NCBI GenBank assembly: GCA_024690665.1
Contig: JAILOU010000018.1
Location: 3,928-67,927 of the forward strand
Reading direction: 5' to 3'
DNA from: Eubacterium sp.
GTDB lineage: Bacteria; Bacillota; Clostridia; Lachnospirales; Lachnospiraceae
DNA length: 64,000 bases
Positions 1 through 11,732 of this stretch are shown piece by piece. Position numbers and translations under genes: made by a program. The notes below the pieces were generated by a model. It was given only the letters and a program-made list of their open reading frames with translations. It was not told the DNA's origin and ran no database searches. How positions within the stretch are numbered: the stretch's first letter is position 1; every line of letters starts with the position of its first letter.

Positions 1-118
1 GCTTTCCACTGATATGAGCAAGCACCTGATGACCATTTTCAATTTCTACCTGAAACATTGCGTTTGGTAATTTTTCCACTACTGTTCCTTCAACTTCAAT
101 TACATCTGCTTTAGACAT
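1..118 (-). CDS. infA: translation initiation factor IF-1 (runs off the window start)
   Basis: Manual translation from ATG at 118: [39 protein letters not shown]; canonical position after adk-map. Confidence 0.95.
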   Translation of the reverse strand, partial: MSKADVIEVEGTVVEKLPNAMFQVEIENGHQVLAHISGK

Positions 119-135
119 TTTAAACCTCCATCTAT

Positions 136-387
136 CTACCTGTCTTGATAAGCTTTTAATGCTCTTTTTATTTTTGCATTTTCATCTGTCACTTCTTCTT
201 TTAATATATCGACTATATTCTCCGGAAGATAAGTGATAAGTTGCACATGTTTTTTCTTTTTCTTCTTTGGCGTATCGACTTTCTTAAGCCGACCATCCGT
301 TAGATAATAGTATGTATCATCTTCTTTACATATATAATAAACCTTACCGGTATCGTGACCGGCCTTTGATCTGCCAAGTCTAATCAT
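136..387 (-). CDS. KOW-motif RNA-binding protein (L14e-like), typical between map and infA in Clostridia
   Basis: [11 protein letters not shown]...DGRLKK...PKKK motif; synteny. Confidence 0.8.
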   Translation of the reverse strand: MIRLGRSKAGHDTGKVYYICKEDDTYYYLTDGRLKKVDTPKKKKKKHVQLITYLPENIVDILKEEVTDENAKIKRALKAYQDR

Positions 388-390
388 ATC

Positions 391-1176
391 TTACACCTGC
401 CAAATTCCTTGTGCGATTTCATCCTCTGTAAGTGTGAGAATCTCAGGTTTACCATCTGTAATCAGAATAGTGTTTTCATAATGCGCCGAAAGGGAACCAT
501 CCTCGGTTACCACTGTCCAGTCATCATCCATCCACTCTACATCAAGTCGCCCTGCATTAACCATCGGTTCAACAGCAAGCGTCATTCCTTTTTTCAAACG
601 AATTCCTCTTCTTCTTTGGTGAAAATTAGGAATCTCCGGTTCCTCGTGAAGATTACTTCCGATGCCGTGTCCGACAAGGTCTTCTACAACTCCGTATCCT
701 TTCTCTTCACAATAAGAAGCAATTGCATTGGATATATCGTGCAAATGTCCTCCGTCCACCGCTTTTTTGACTCCTTCAAAGAAACTTTGTCTTGTGTGAA
801 AGATCAAATCGGCAGCTTCTTTTGAAATCTCGCCTACCCCATGTGTTCTTGCAGCATCTGAATGATAACCTTTGTGCTTAACTCCGATGTCGAGACTTAC
901 GATATCGCCTTCAACAATGATGCAGTCTTTTCTTGGAATTCCATGAACGACCTCATCATTTAACGATACACATACAGACGCCGGGTAGCCCATATAGTTT
1001 AAAAATGAGGGCTCGCATCCATAGCTTCTAATCATCTCTTCGCCAAGCTTGTCAATGTCCAGTGTTGACATTCCGGGTTTTAATGCTTTGCCCAGGTCTT
1101 GATGAACTTTCGCCAGAATCTTTCCGGCTTCTTTCATAAGTTCAATCTCCCTGGCAGATTTAATTGATACTGACAT
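391..1176 (-). CDS. map: methionine aminopeptidase type I
   Basis: VVHGIP, DIGV, HGIG..LHEEP, AVEPM, SAHYENT metal-binding motifs. Confidence 0.97.
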   Translation of the reverse strand: MSVSIKSAREIELMKEAGKILAKVHQDLGKALKPGMSTLDIDKLGEEMIRSYGCEPSFLNYMGYPASVCVSLNDEVVHGIPRKDCIIVEGDIVSLDIGVKHKGYHSDAARTHGVGEISKEAADLIFHTRQSFFEGVKKAVDGGHLHDISNAIASYCEEKGYGVVEDLVGHGIGSNLHEEPEIPNFHQRRRGIRLKKGMTLAVEPMVNAGRLDVEWMDDDWTVVTEDGSLSAHYENTILITDGKPEILTLTEDEIAQGIWQV

Positions 1177-1179
1177 AGT

Positions 1180-1824
1180 TTAGGCCTCTAAGATTGCAGT
1201 AATATCTGCAAATACTTTTTTCATATCCTGAGTTCCATCAACGCTCTTTAAGATTCCTACCTTCTTGTAGTAATCAATCAGTGGCTGTGTCTGCTCATGA
1301 TAAACCTTAAGACGATTCTTAACAGTCTCTGGCTTATCATCATCTCTAAGGATTGTTTCTTTTCCGCATCTGTCGCAGATTCCTTCAACCTTGGTAGGAA
1401 TCGTAACGATATGATAAGTAGCACCGCAGTTTACACATGCTCTTCTTCCGGACATACGCTCGATGATATTTTCATCCGGTACATCTACATCGATTGCATA
1501 ATCCATTGCTTCTCCGGCTTTTTCAAGAGCCTTTGTAAGAGCTTCTGCCTGTGGAATTGTTCTTGGGAATCCATCAAGTACAAATCCGTTCTTGCAATCA
1601 TCCTGTCCGATGCGGTCAACTACAAGGTCAACAACGAGTTCATCCGGTACAAGATCACCCTTGTCCATATATTCTTTTGCTTTCTTTCCAAGTGGTGTTC
1701 CTTCTTTGATATTTGCACGGAAGATATCTCCTGTGGAAATATGTGGAATAGTGTATTTGTCAGCGATTTGCTTAGCCTGTGTACCTTTTCCTGCACCAGG
1801 TGCCCCCAACATAATAATCTTCAT
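1180..1824 (-). CDS. adk: adenylate kinase (zinc-LID type)
   Basis: Start trimmed to [16 protein letters not shown] after a GGAGG RBS; LDGFPRT; CVNC...CDRC LID. Confidence 0.97.
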   Translation of the reverse strand: MKIIMLGAPGAGKGTQAKQIADKYTIPHISTGDIFRANIKEGTPLGKKAKEYMDKGDLVPDELVVDLVVDRIGQDDCKNGFVLDGFPRTIPQAEALTKALEKAGEAMDYAIDVDVPDENIIERMSGRRACVNCGATYHIVTIPTKVEGICDRCGKETILRDDDKPETVKNRLKVYHEQTQPLIDYYKKVGILKSVDGTQDMKKVFADITAILEA

Positions 1825-1860
1825 GATTAAAAATCCTCCATTTTTTCGTAAAAACACATA

Positions 1861-1887
1861 CAGAGATACGGATGATCCGTATCTCTG
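1861..1887 (-). terminator. hairpin between secY and adk (terminator or processing stem)
   Basis: Perfect 12-bp inverted repeat CAGAGATACGGA-tga-TCCGTATCTCTG, followed by a T-rich tract on the minus strand. Confidence 0.6.
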
Positions 1888-1912
1888 CATGAATAATTAT
1901 CATCCTTAGTCA

Positions 1913-3229
1913 TTAAGCATCTAAGAATCCCTTATAGTTACGTACAACCATCTGAGACTCAATCTGTTTGATTGTTTCAATTACAACTCCGACGATGATG
2001 ATGATCGATGTTCCACCGAAGGATACATCAGCGCTAAACCAACCATTAAAGAAGATTGGAATAAATGCTGTAATCGAAAGTCCGATTGCTCCAATAAAGA
2101 TAATATAACCTAAAATTCTTTGTAAATAGTCGCTGGTTGGCTTACCAGGTCTGATACCAGGAATAAAACCACCTTGACGTTTCATATTATTTGCAATCTC
2201 AAGTGGATTAAATGTAATCGACGTATAGAAATATGCAAATGCTATGATCAGCAGAATATATACGGCAAGTCCGATTGAATAAATCGGCTGGTCAGGATTA
2301 CACCAGTTAGACTGTGATAATCCTTTCAAAACCTTGCCCCAGAAGCCTGTGCCTTCTGACTGTCCTGCCAAAGTTGCAATAACAACCGGGAACTGCATAA
2401 TCGACTGTGCGAAGATGACAGGAATAACTCCGGCTGTATTGACTTTTAAAGGAATGCTGGTAGAAGCTCCTCCTACCTGTCGTCTTCCCTGAAGTTTCTT
2501 AGAATACTGTACAGGTATCTTTCTTTCTGCACCCTGAAGTACAACGACAAATACGACTGTCAGTATAATGATTGCGGCAATTACTACTCCGGCAAGTGTA
2601 CCACGAGCAATTGTCTTTCCGGAGATAAACTGTTCAAACAGTGTACCTAAATCATCCGGAATTCTGGAAATAATGTTAATTACCAGAACGATGGAAATAC
2701 CATTACCGACACCTTTTTCCGTGATACGTTCGCCAATCCACATAAGAATGGTAGAACCTGCTGTTAATACAGCAACTACGGAGATTACATTGATAGCTGT
2801 AAATTCAGTCAGATATCCGTTTTTCCCAAATCCGATAGCCATTGCGACCGACTCAAGAAGCGCAAGACCAACGGTCAGATAACGGGTAATCGCTGTAATC
2901 TTTTTACGTCCTTCTTCTCCATCACGATGCATCTCTTCAATCTTCGGAATCGCGATTGTCAACAGCTGCATAATGATAGAAGCAGTGATGTATGGTGTGA
3001 TATTCAATGCAAAAATCGACATATCAAGGAATGATCCGCCGGTTACAGCATCGAAAAAGTTGAATGCGTCATTGGTCTGACTTGAAAACCACTCGGTAAA
3101 CAACTCTGTGTTAATACCCGGAGCAGGAATCTGTGATCCAACTCTGATAACGATCAGCATTAAGAATGTAAATATTATCCTCCGACGTATATCCTTTACC
3201 TTAAATGCATTTCGTAATGTCTCAAGCAT
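1913..3229 (-). CDS. secY: preprotein translocase subunit SecY
   Basis: SIFALNITPYITASII, GVGNGIS, FIPGIRPG motifs; multiple TM helices. Confidence 0.98.
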   Translation of the reverse strand: MLETLRNAFKVKDIRRRIIFTFLMLIVIRVGSQIPAPGINTELFTEWFSSQTNDAFNFFDAVTGGSFLDMSIFALNITPYITASIIMQLLTIAIPKIEEMHRDGEEGRKKITAITRYLTVGLALLESVAMAIGFGKNGYLTEFTAINVISVVAVLTAGSTILMWIGERITEKGVGNGISIVLVINIISRIPDDLGTLFEQFISGKTIARGTLAGVVIAAIIILTVVFVVVLQGAERKIPVQYSKKLQGRRQVGGASTSIPLKVNTAGVIPVIFAQSIMQFPVVIATLAGQSEGTGFWGKVLKGLSQSNWCNPDQPIYSIGLAVYILLIIAFAYFYTSITFNPLEIANNMKRQGGFIPGIRPGKPTSDYLQRILGYIIFIGAIGLSITAFIPIFFNGWFSADVSFGGTSIIIIVGVVIETIKQIESQMVVRNYKGFLDA

Positions 3230-3672
3230 TAGATCACCTCAGCTTTTCCACCAAGAGCCTCAATCTTTTCTTTAGCGCTAGCACTGAATGCATTAGCCTG
3301 AACTGTGAGTTTCTTAGTCAGTGTACCGTTGCCAAGAATCTTAACTCCATCACGAGGATTCTTAACAATTCCTTTCTCGATTAATGTATCAACAGAAACT
3401 ACTGCATCATTGTCAAACACTTCTAACGCTGACATATTAATTGCAACAATGTCTTTTGAATTTCTACAGGTGAATCCACGCTTTGGAATTCGTCTGTATA
3501 AAGGCATCTGTCCACCTTCAAATCCTGGCTTAGTACCGCCTCCGGAACGAGCCTTCTGTCCTTTATGTCCTTTACCGGCTGTCTTTCCGTTTCCAGAACC
3601 ATGTCCACGGCCTCTTCTGAAATTATCGCTATGTTTAGAACCATCAGCTGGTTTTAAGTTTGATAAATCCAT
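3229..3672 (-). CDS. rplO: 50S ribosomal protein L15
   Basis: [31 protein letters not shown]. Confidence 0.98.
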   Translation of the reverse strand: MDLSNLKPADGSKHSDNFRRGRGHGSGNGKTAGKGHKGQKARSGGGTKPGFEGGQMPLYRRIPKRGFTCRNSKDIVAINMSALEVFDNDAVVSVDTLIEKGIVKNPRDGVKILGNGTLTKKLTVQANAFSASAKEKIEALGGKAEVI

Positions 3673-3703
3673 TTCGACACCTCCTCTAACTTAATAATTA
3701 TGA

Positions 3704-3886
3704 TTAAATTTCTTCTACTTTTACTAAATGTTTTACCTGAAATACCATTCCCTTAACAGCATCGTTGTTAGGAAGTTCTACTGACTTGTTTACTTTCTTA
3801 AGTCCAAGAGCTTCGATTGTCTTCTTATGCTTAGGAATTGCTCCGATTGGAGATTTTACAAGTGTGATTTTTAACTTATCTGCCAT
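3704..3886 (-). CDS. rpmD: 50S ribosomal protein L30
   Basis: LKITLVKSPIG...ALGL; synteny. Confidence 0.97.
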   Translation of the reverse strand: MADKLKITLVKSPIGAIPKHKKTIEALGLKKVNKSVELPNNDAVKGMVFQVKHLVKVEEI

Positions 3887-3900
3887 TTTTATATGCCTCC

Positions 3901-4410
3901 TTAACCGAGAATCTCTTCTACGGACTTACCGCGAAGTTTTGCTACCTCTTCAGGGGATTTTAACTGGCTAAGAGCATCGATTGTAGCGAGTACAACGTTC
4001 TGCTTGTTGTTAGATCCTAAAGATTTTGTACGGATGTTTCTAATTCCCGCAAGTTCGCACACGCTACGTGCCGGACCTCCGGCGATAACACCGGTACCTT
4101 CAGGTGCTCTCTTTAATAAAACAGATGCTCCAGTGTGTTTTCCTGAAATATCATGTGTAATACTGTTATTATCATCAAGCTTTACAGTGATCAGCTTCTT
4201 AATTGCATCTTCTTTTCCTTTGCGGATTGCTTCTGGAATTTCAGTTGCCTTTCCAAGTCCTGCACCAACATGACCTGCATTGTCGCCAACAACAACTAAA
4301 GCTGTGAAACGCATGTTACGTCCACCTTTTACAACTTTTGTTACGCGCTTGATGGATACTACTTTTTCCGTTAATTCCATTTGACTTGCATCAATGATAT
4401 TACGCTTCAT
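3901..4410 (-). CDS. rpsE: 30S ribosomal protein S5
   Basis: [18 protein letters not shown]. Confidence 0.98.
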   Translation of the reverse strand: MKRNIIDASQMELTEKVVSIKRVTKVVKGGRNMRFTALVVVGDNAGHVGAGLGKATEIPEAIRKGKEDAIKKLITVKLDDNNSITHDISGKHTGASVLLKRAPEGTGVIAGGPARSVCELAGIRNIRTKSLGSNNKQNVVLATIDALSQLKSPEEVAKLRGKSVEEILG

Positions 4411-4425
4411 GTAACCGTTTCCTCC

Positions 4426-4794
4426 TTAAAATTCTAATCCAGCTTCTCTTGCTGCGTCAGCTAAAGCTTTCACTTTACCTTCGTAGATAAAACCACCTCT
4501 GTCAAATACAACTGTTGTGATTCCTTTATCTAAAGCCTTCTTTGCAATTACAGTTCCAAGATGAGCTGCTGCTTCAACATTATTTGTCTTATCCAGTTCA
4601 CCTTTAACTTCTTTTGAAAGAGTAGATGCTGAAACGAGTGTGTTTCCAACTGTGTCATCAATAATCTGAGCGTACATGTGGTTATTACTTCTGAATACTG
4701 CCAGACGAGGTCTTGCAGATGTACCAGCCAAATGATGACGAATTCTTCTATGTTTTTTTGCACGAACCTGTGCTCTTGATTTCTTATTAACCAT
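4426..4794 (-). CDS. rplR: 50S ribosomal protein L18
   Basis: [17 protein letters not shown]. Confidence 0.98.
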   Translation of the reverse strand: MVNKKSRAQVRAKKHRRIRHHLAGTSARPRLAVFRSNNHMYAQIIDDTVGNTLVSASTLSKEVKGELDKTNNVEAAAHLGTVIAKKALDKGITTVVFDRGGFIYEGKVKALADAAREAGLEF

Positions 4795-4812
4795 TTTTCG
4801 TCACTCCTTTAC

Positions 4813-5349
4813 TTACTTACCTGTCTTACCAACCTTACGTCTGATTACTTCATCGACATACTTGATACCCTTGCCCTTATAAGGTTCAGGTCTTCTCTTA
4901 TCTCTGATTTCAGCAGCGTACTGGCCAACTTTCTCTTTATCGATACCTGATACAATGATCTTGTTTCCGTCAACTTTAGCTTCAAGACCTTCCGGATCTT
5001 CCATCTCAACCGGATGAGAGTAACCAAGGTTTAATGTAAGCTTCTTGCCAGACTTAGATGCTCTGTATCCAACACCGTTAACTTCAAGCTCTTTTGTGTA
5101 GCCTTCTGTTACACCAATAATCATGTTATTGATCAGTGTTCTTGTTAATCCATGTAATGATTTCATTTTCTTTAAATCATTTGGTCTGGAAACGATGATT
5201 TCTTCGCCTTCCTGCTTGATTGTCATCTCAGGTGCTAAAGTTCTCTCAAGGGTTCCCTTTGGACCTTTTACAGTCACTTGATTATTTTCTGCGATTGTTA
5301 CAGTTACGCCTGTAGGAACCGCGATTGGCATTCTTCCTATACGTGACAT
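4813..5349 (-). CDS. rplF: 50S ribosomal protein L6
   Basis: Start trimmed to MSRIGRMPI after a GGAGG RBS; PEPYKGKG. Confidence 0.97.
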   Translation of the reverse strand: MSRIGRMPIAVPTGVTVTIAENNQVTVKGPKGTLERTLAPEMTIKQEGEEIIVSRPNDLKKMKSLHGLTRTLINNMIIGVTEGYTKELEVNGVGYRASKSGKKLTLNLGYSHPVEMEDPEGLEAKVDGNKIIVSGIDKEKVGQYAAEIRDKRRPEPYKGKGIKYVDEVIRRKVGKTGK

Positions 5350-5470
5350 GCCCGTACCTCCTATAATTGGTTTAAAAAATTTATTTGTTTCTGTGCAGTA
5401 ATTCCTTCTGCACGGTTGCCGCATATGCGGCCTTATATGGCTTGTTCTCTTCCCTAAGCGGTTGCCAAGG

Positions 5471-5673
5471 TCCGAGAACGGCCTCGCCCGAAACCTTACG
5501 GCCTCGCACTAAATTCGAACTTCGCCTTTCGGCTCGTTCTCATTAAGTTGCTTTCGAGGGTTCTCTTTACTAACCTCACTCTTCGCTACTGCTCGAGTTC
5601 GCTAAGTTCCGAGAACGGCCTCGCACTAAATTCGAACTTCGCCTTTCGGCTCGTTCTCATTAAGTTGCTTTCG
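5471..5673. repeat. duplicated structured (REP-like) repeat inside the rpsH-rplF spacer
   Basis: Two identical 59-bp copies at 5498-5556 and 5615-5673; TCCGAGAACGGCCTCGC also repeated at 5471 and 5608. Confidence 0.85.
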
Positions 5674-5675
5674 GC

Positions 5676-6077
5676 CTACCATACGAATGCTAATACTTCT
5701 CCACCTACAGCAAGCTTTCTAGCTTCCTTGTCAGTGATGATTCCCTGGTTTGTTGAAAGGATTGCAATACCAAGTCCTCCAAGTACCTTCGGAATCTCGT
5801 CCTTGCCGGCATATACACGAAGACCAGGCTTAGAAATTCTCTTAAGACCTGTAATGATCTTTTCGCTCTTATCCGGTGTGTACTTAAGTGTTACACGAAT
5901 TGACTGAAAACCATCGTTTTCGATCATTTCATATTTTTCAATATATCCTTCGTTAACTAAGATATCTGCAATTGAAACTTTCATCTTAGATGAAGGGATA
6001 TCTACTGTATCATGTTTTGCAGTGTTTGCATTACGAATTCTTGTAAGCATATCTGCGATTGGATCGCTCATTGTCAT
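5676..6077 (-). CDS. rpsH: 30S ribosomal protein S8
   Basis: [21 protein letters not shown]. Confidence 0.98.
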   Translation of the reverse strand: MTMSDPIADMLTRIRNANTAKHDTVDIPSSKMKVSIADILVNEGYIEKYEMIENDGFQSIRVTLKYTPDKSEKIITGLKRISKPGLRVYAGKDEIPKVLGGLGIAILSTNQGIITDKEARKLAVGGEVLAFVW

Positions 6078-6114
6078 GATCTTTTTTCCTCCTATATCGT
6101 GTTATCTAAGAATC

Positions 6115-6300
6115 TTACCAGCTTGCTTTCTTAACTCCAGGAATCTGGCCCTTGTATGCCAATTCTCTAAAGCAGATTCTGCAAATACCATATTTTCTTA
6201 AATAAGCATGTGGACGACCACAAATTCTGCAACGGCTGTATTCTCTGGTAGAGAACTTCTGCTTACGCTGCTGTTTTACTTTCATAGCTGTCTTAGCCAT
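6115..6300 (-). CDS. rpsN: 30S ribosomal protein S14, type Z (zinc-binding)
   Basis: 61 aa; CRIC...CRIC zinc ribbon; PGVKKASW. Confidence 0.97.
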   Translation of the reverse strand: MAKTAMKVKQQRKQKFSTREYSRCRICGRPHAYLRKYGICRICFRELAYKGQIPGVKKASW

Positions 6301-6328
6301 ATGTATTTCCTCCTAATAATCTGAAACC

Positions 6329-6868
6329 TTACTGTGCAAATGGCATGTTGAATAATGTTAATAATTCACGTGCCTCTTCATCTGTCTTTGCTGTTGTAAC
6401 GAAAATGACATCCATACCACGAACCTTGTCGATCTGGTCATATTCGATTTCAGGGAAGATAAGCTGCTCCTTAATTCCAAGAGCGTAGTTACCTCTACCA
6501 TCAAATGCGTTAGGATTGATTCCTCTAAAGTCACGCACACGTGGAAGTGCAAGGTTGATCAGACGATCAGCGAACTCATACATCTTTTCACCTCTTAATG
6601 TAACTTTACATCCGATTGGCATTCCTTCTCTTAACTTGAAGTTCGCAATAGAATTCTTAGCCTTAGTTGTAACAGGCTTCTGTCCTGTAATCTGCTCCAT
6701 ATCTTTCATGGCTGCATCTAAAACCTTAGCGTTTTCTTTTGCTTCACCAACGCCCATGTTAACAACGATCTTGTCGAGCTTTGGTACTTCCATAATATTT
6801 TTATATCCAAATTTCTTGATCATAGCATCTACGATCTCATTTTGATATGTTTCTCTAAGTCTACTCAC
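6329..6868 (-). CDS. rplE: 50S ribosomal protein L5
   Basis: [25 protein letters not shown]. Confidence 0.98.
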   Translation of the reverse strand: MSRLRETYQNEIVDAMIKKFGYKNIMEVPKLDKIVVNMGVGEAKENAKVLDAAMKDMEQITGQKPVTTKAKNSIANFKLREGMPIGCKVTLRGEKMYEFADRLINLALPRVRDFRGINPNAFDGRGNYALGIKEQLIFPEIEYDQIDKVRGMDVIFVTTAKTDEEARELLTLFNMPFAQ

Positions 6869-6890
6869 TTAAACGGACCTCCTCTCTAAA

Positions 6891-7202
6891 TTAATCAATC
6901 ACTTCGCCGCTCTTCTTGGCATAGCGAACTTTCTTGTCTCCATCCATCTTGAAACCTACACGAGTAGGAGTTCCTTTGTGAAGGAGCATTACGTTAGAAA
7001 TATCGATTGGTCCTTCCTGATGAAGAATTCCGCCCTGCTGGTTAGCCATGCTTGGCTTAGCATGCTTTGTAACCATGTTGATTCCTTCAACAAGGAGAGT
7101 GTTATTCTTAACGTTAACGGCAATTACTTTGCCTTCTTTATCTTTATCTTTACCGGCGATAACTTTAACCATGTCGCCTTTTTTAATCTTTAATGATGAC
7201 AT
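6891..7202 (-). CDS. rplX: 50S ribosomal protein L24
   Basis: [18 protein letters not shown] motif. Confidence 0.98.
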   Translation of the reverse strand: MSSLKIKKGDMVKVIAGKDKDKEGKVIAVNVKNNTLLVEGINMVTKHAKPSMANQQGGILHQEGPIDISNVMLLHKGTPTRVGFKMDGDKKVRYAKKSGEVID

Positions 7203-7214
7203 CTAAAGTACCTC

Positions 7215-7583
7215 CTATAATACTTCCGGAGCAAGTGAAACAATTTTCATAAACTGTTTGTCACGAAGCTCTCTTGCTACAGGTCCAAAGATACGTGTTC
7301 CTCTTGGAGTATTATCTTCTTTAATGATTACTGCAGCGTTTTCATCAAATTTAATATATGATCCATCTTTACGACGTGCGCCACGAACTGTACGTACTAC
7401 AACCGCTTTTACAACATCGCCCTTCTTTACAACACCGCCTGGTGTTACATCTTTAACAGTAGCAGTGATAACGTCACCGATGTTCGCATATCTTCTGGTA
7501 GAACCGCCCATAACGCGAATGCATAACAGTTCTTTTGCGCCGGTGTTATCAGCGACTTTAAGTCTTGTCTCCTGTTGTACCAT
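7215..7583 (-). CDS. rplN: 50S ribosomal protein L14
   Basis: [20 protein letters not shown]. Confidence 0.98.
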   Translation of the reverse strand: MVQQETRLKVADNTGAKELLCIRVMGGSTRRYANIGDVITATVKDVTPGGVVKKGDVVKAVVVRTVRGARRKDGSYIKFDENAAVIIKEDNTPRGTRIFGPVARELRDKQFMKIVSLAPEVL

Positions 7584-7601
7584 GATGGCAGCCTCCTTTT
7601 A

Positions 7602-7859
7602 TTATTTTGCTTTCTCTACGATTTCTACAAGTCTCCATCTCTTGTCCTTTGACAGAGGTCTTGTTTCCATAACTTTAACAGTGTCACCAACATGGCTCTC
7701 ATTGTTTTCGTCATGAGCTTTTAATTTATAAGTTTTCTTAACGATCTTGTTATATAATGGATGTCTTACATTATCACGTACCGCAACAACGATTGTCTTG
7801 TCCATCTTATCACTTACGACTTCGCCGATACGTGTTTTTCTAAGATTTCTTTCTTCCAC
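7602..7859 (-). CDS. rpsQ: 30S ribosomal protein S17
   Basis: [16 protein letters not shown]. Confidence 0.98.
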   Translation of the reverse strand: MEERNLRKTRIGEVVSDKMDKTIVVAVRDNVRHPLYNKIVKKTYKLKAHDENNESHVGDTVKVMETRPLSKDKRWRLVEIVEKAK

Positions 7860-7894
7860 GATATGATCTCCTTTCCTCTACGGATATCTATGCC

Positions 7895-8098
7895 TTACGC
7901 TTCAGCCTTTGTAGCAATTACAGTCTGAATTCTGGCAATGTTTCTTCTCACTTCTTTGATTCTGCTTGTGTTGTCAAGCTGATTAGTTGCATTCTGGAAT
8001 CTCAAATTGAAAAGTTCTTTTTTAGCATCAACGAGCTGTGCATTTAATTCTGCAACGCTCTGTGTCTTTAATTCATCTAAATATGTCTTAGTTTTCAT
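7895..8098 (-). CDS. rpmC: 50S ribosomal protein L29
   Basis: [15 protein letters not shown]; ATG at 8098 (alternative GTG at 8107). Confidence 0.95.
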   Translation of the reverse strand: MKTKTYLDELKTQSVAELNAQLVDAKKELFNLRFQNATNQLDNTSRIKEVRRNIARIQTVIATKAEA

Positions 8099-8525
8099 TT
8101 GATTCACCGCCTTCTAAATCTGCACGTGAAACTACTTTACATTTAACCGGTAATTTGTGTGTAGCAAGACGAAGAGCTTCTTTAGCTGTCTCTTCAGGAA
8201 CACCGGCGATTTCAAATAACACACGGCCTGGTTTTACTACAGCTACCCAATACTCTAATGCTCCCTTTCCGGAACCCATACGAGTTTCAGCTGGTTTTGC
8301 AGTTACTGGTTTGTCTGGGAAAATCTTGATCCAAACTTTACCGCCACGCTTTACGTAACGTGTCATAGCGATACGGGCTGCCTCAATCTGATTAGATCTG
8401 ATCCAAGCCGGCTCTAAAGCAACGATACCGTATTCACCATATGTGATTTTATTTCCTCTAAGCGCCTTACCTTTCATGCTGCCACGAAATTGTTTACGGC
8501 GTTTAACTCTCTTTGGCATTAACAT
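8088..8525 (-). CDS. rplP: 50S ribosomal protein L16
   Basis: [17 protein letters not shown]. Confidence 0.98.
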   Translation of the reverse strand: MLMPKRVKRRKQFRGSMKGKALRGNKITYGEYGIVALEPAWIRSNQIEAARIAMTRYVKRGGKVWIKIFPDKPVTAKPAETRMGSGKGALEYWVAVVKPGRVLFEIAGVPEETAKEALRLATHKLPVKCKVVSRADLEGGESNEN

Positions 8526-9178
8526 TATTTATCGCTCCCTTCCTTTTCCTTTACCGGAAGTACTTCGCCCTTATAGATCCAAACCTTTACACCTACTTTT
8601 CCGTAAGTAGTATCAGCTTCTGCGAATCCATAGTCGATGTCTGCTCTAAGTGTCTGAAGTGGAATAGTTCCTTCGCTGTAGAACTCTGTACGAGCCATAT
8701 CAGCTCCACCAAGACGTCCTGATACAGAAGTCTTGATACCGAGTGCTCCGGCCTTGAGTGCTCTTCCCATGCAGCTCTTCATAGCACGACGGAAAGAAAT
8801 ACGGTTCTCAAGCTGAAGAGCAATGTTCTCTGCTACAAGCTGAGCATCCTTATCCGGCTTCTTAACTTCTTTGATATCTACGATTAACTTCTTAGCAACC
8901 TGCTTTTGCAGTTCTGCTTTTACTCTTTCGATTTCAGCTCCGCCCTTACCGATTACGACACCAGGCTTAGCTGTGTAAAGGATAACCTTTACGCGGTCAG
9001 ATGCTCTTTCGATCTCGATCTTAGAAACACCTGCATTGTATAACTTAGTCTTCAGGAATTTTCTGATGTTATAGTCTTCTACCAGAAAATCTGCGAAATC
9101 ATCTTCAGCATACCATTTTGAGTCCCAGTCTTTGATAACTCCGACTCTCAGGCCATGAGGATTAACTTTCTGTCCCAT
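8525..9178 (-). CDS. rpsC: 30S ribosomal protein S3
   Basis: [22 protein letters not shown]. Confidence 0.98.
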   Translation of the reverse strand: MGQKVNPHGLRVGVIKDWDSKWYAEDDFADFLVEDYNIRKFLKTKLYNAGVSKIEIERASDRVKVILYTAKPGVVIGKGGAEIERVKAELQKQVAKKLIVDIKEVKKPDKDAQLVAENIALQLENRISFRRAMKSCMGRALKAGALGIKTSVSGRLGGADMARTEFYSEGTIPLQTLRADIDYGFAEADTTYGKVGVKVWIYKGEVLPVKEKEGSDK

Positions 9179-9189
9179 GATTGTCCTCC

Positions 9190-9576
9190 TTATCTTTCAT
9201 TCAGCACGATTGTGATGTGGCTCATTCTCTTTTCGATTCTATAAGCTCTACCCTGTGCTCTTGGTCTGATTCTCTTCATTGTTGGTCCTTTGTTAGCATA
9301 ACACTCTTCAATATAAAGGTTTTCTGCTTTAAGTCCGTTGTTGTTTTCAGCGTTTGCGATTGCTGACTTAAGCAGCTTCTCGATTACGCTTGAGGCATAT
9401 CTTGGGTTGTATGCTAAGATTGCGAGTGCAGTCTCTACATCTTTTCCTCTGATTGCATCTAATACGAAACATGCTTTTGTTACTGACATTCTAGCGTAAG
9501 ATAACTTAGCTGAAGGTCTTGTATCTTTCTGTGCATTTCTTTCTCTTTTTATCTGGGATCTATGTCCTTTTGCCAT
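9190..9576 (-). CDS. rplV: 50S ribosomal protein L22
   Basis: [16 protein letters not shown]. Confidence 0.98.
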   Translation of the reverse strand: MAKGHRSQIKRERNAQKDTRPSAKLSYARMSVTKACFVLDAIRGKDVETALAILAYNPRYASSVIEKLLKSAIANAENNNGLKAENLYIEECYANKGPTMKRIRPRAQGRAYRIEKRMSHITIVLNER

Positions 9577-9597
9577 GAATGAAAACCTCCTTTACTA

Positions 9598-9879
9598 TTA
9601 TTTTACTCTAGATTTCTTTTCATCTTTGCCATGTCCTCTGTATGTTCTGGTAGCTACGAACTCTCCGAGCTTATGTCCTACCATATCTTCTGTAATATAT
9701 ACAGGCACATGTTTTCTTCCATCATGAACTGCGATTGTATGTCCAACCATCTGTGGGAAGATTGTAGAACGACGAGACCAAGTCTTGATAACCTGCTTGT
9801 CTCCTGCTTCGTTCATTGCGTCAACCTTCTTTAATAAACTTGCGTCCGCAAATGGTCCCTTTTTAAGTGAACGAGCCAT
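9598..9879 (-). CDS. rpsS: 30S ribosomal protein S19
   Basis: [17 protein letters not shown]. Confidence 0.98.
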   Translation of the reverse strand: MARSLKKGPFADASLLKKVDAMNEAGDKQVIKTWSRRSTIFPQMVGHTIAVHDGRKHVPVYITEDMVGHKLGEFVATRTYRGHGKDEKKSRVK

Positions 9880-9910
9880 AATTAACCTCCTATTTGTTCA
9901 CGTAAAGCAA

Positions 9911-10753
9911 TTATTTGATTGCTCTACCGTCTCTTCTTCTGACGATCATCTTGTTAGACTGTTTCTTCTTCTTTCTGGTCTTCAGACCCAGAGCAGGCTT
10001 GCCCCAAGGTGTACATGGACCAGGACGTCCAACTGGTGCTCTACCTTCACCACCACCATGTGGATGGTCATTAGGGTTCATAACAGAACCACGTACGGTT
10101 GGGCGGATACCCATATGACGCTTACGTCCTGCTTTACCGATGTTGATCAGGTTGTGATCTGCGTTTCCTACAGTTCCGATTGTTGCACGGCACTGGATTG
10201 GAACCATTCTCATTTCTCCGGATGGAAGACGAAGTGTTGCGTACTTTCCTTCCTTAGCCATAAGCTGAGCTGAGTTACCTGCTGCACGAACCATCTGTCC
10301 GCCCTTACCAGGAAGCATCTCAACGTTGTGTACCTGAGTACCAACCGGGATGTTAGCAAGTGGTAAGCAGTTTCCTACTTTAATCTCTGCTTCAGGTCCG
10401 TTCATTACAGTCATTCCGTCTGTAAGTCCCTGTGGAGCAAGGATATATGCTTTCTCACCATCAGCATAGCTGATTAATGCGATGTTGGCTGTTCTGTTTG
10501 GATCATACTCGATACCAATTACAGTAGCCGGAACGCCATCTTTATTTCTCTTAAAGTCGATAAGTCTGTATTTCTGTCTGTTTCCACCACCATGGTGTCT
10601 AACGGTAATCTTACCCTGATTATTACGTCCAGAATTCTTTTTCTTCTTGGCAAGTAATGATTTTTCCGGTGTTGTCTTAGTAATTTCGGAGAAATCAGAA
10701 CCAGTCATATGTCTTCTGGAAGGTGTATATGGGTTATATGTTTTAATTCCCAT
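9911..10753 (-). CDS. rplB: 50S ribosomal protein L2
   Basis: [21 protein letters not shown]. Confidence 0.98.
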   Translation of the reverse strand: MGIKTYNPYTPSRRHMTGSDFSEITKTTPEKSLLAKKKKNSGRNNQGKITVRHHGGGNRQKYRLIDFKRNKDGVPATVIGIEYDPNRTANIALISYADGEKAYILAPQGLTDGMTVMNGPEAEIKVGNCLPLANIPVGTQVHNVEMLPGKGGQMVRAAGNSAQLMAKEGKYATLRLPSGEMRMVPIQCRATIGTVGNADHNLINIGKAGRKRHMGIRPTVRGSVMNPNDHPHGGGEGRAPVGRPGPCTPWGKPALGLKTRKKKKQSNKMIVRRRDGRAIK

Positions 10754-10782
10754 GATTGCTCTCCTTTCAATGTTTCGCTATC

Positions 10783-11082
10783 TTATAATCCAGCGAAAAT
10801 CTCGATGTCCTTGCTGTCCTGTGTCAGCTGAACGATTGCTTTCTTTCTCTTAGCAGTTCTTCCAACAACGTATCCACGTCTTTTCTTCTTACCAGGCTCA
10901 TTTAATGTGTTTACCTTGGCAACCTTTGTTCCTTCGAACATTTTTTCAACTGCTTCTTTAATCATTGTCTTGTTAGCCTCTGGATGAACGTAGAAAGTAT
11001 ATTTCTTTTCAGCCATAAGGTTCATGCTCTTCTCGGTTACTACCGGCTTGAGGATTACATCATAATATTGAATGTTTGCCAT
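10783..11082 (-). CDS. rplW: 50S ribosomal protein L23
   Basis: PVVTEKS, KKAIVQL. Confidence 0.98.
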   Translation of the reverse strand: MANIQYYDVILKPVVTEKSMNLMAEKKYTFYVHPEANKTMIKEAVEKMFEGTKVAKVNTLNEPGKKKRRGYVVGRTAKRKKAIVQLTQDSKDIEIFAGL

Positions 11083-11702
11083 TATGCATACACCTCCTCG
11101 ATCTTTGCAAGGGCATCTTTACTCAAAACAACCGTGTTGTATTTCATTACATCGAATACATTGATTGTGTTTGGATAAGCCGTCTTTACATCTGCAATAT
11201 TCTTAGCTGAGATTGCTACGTTCTTGTTGTCGTCTTCAACAACGATGAGCGCTTTGTTTACATCTAAGCTCTTTAATGCATTTGCAATTGTCTTTGTCTT
11301 GATTTCATCCATCTTCATGTCATCGATAACGATTAACTTGTTATCCTGAACTCTTGATGTTAATGCAGATTTGAGAGCTGCTCTCTTTTCTTTCTTATTT
11401 AACTTGAAAGAATAATCTCTTGGTGTAGGAGCGAATACAACTCCACCACCTGTCCACTGTGGAGATCTTGTAGAACCCTGACGTGCATGTCCTGTTCCTT
11501 TCTGTCTCCATGGTTTTCTTCCGCCTCCGCGAACTTCAGAACGTGTCTTAGCCTTCTGTGTTCCCTGACGGTTATTTGCAAGCTGCTGTGTTACAGCCAT
11601 ATGCAGTAAATGTTCGTTAACGTCAACTCCGAAGATTGCATCGTTTAATTCAACAGTGCCAACTTCTCTGCCTTCCATATTATAAACAGCTACGTTAGCC
11701 AT
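11082..11702 (-). CDS. rplD: 50S ribosomal protein L4
   Basis: [15 protein letters not shown]. Confidence 0.98.
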   Translation of the reverse strand: MANVAVYNMEGREVGTVELNDAIFGVDVNEHLLHMAVTQQLANNRQGTQKAKTRSEVRGGGRKPWRQKGTGHARQGSTRSPQWTGGGVVFAPTPRDYSFKLNKKEKRAALKSALTSRVQDNKLIVIDDMKMDEIKTKTIANALKSLDVNKALIVVEDDNKNVAISAKNIADVKTAYPNTINVFDVMKYNTVVLSKDALAKIEEVYA

Positions 11703-11732
11703 CGATAAGTTCCTCCTTTCTTATTGAGCGCA

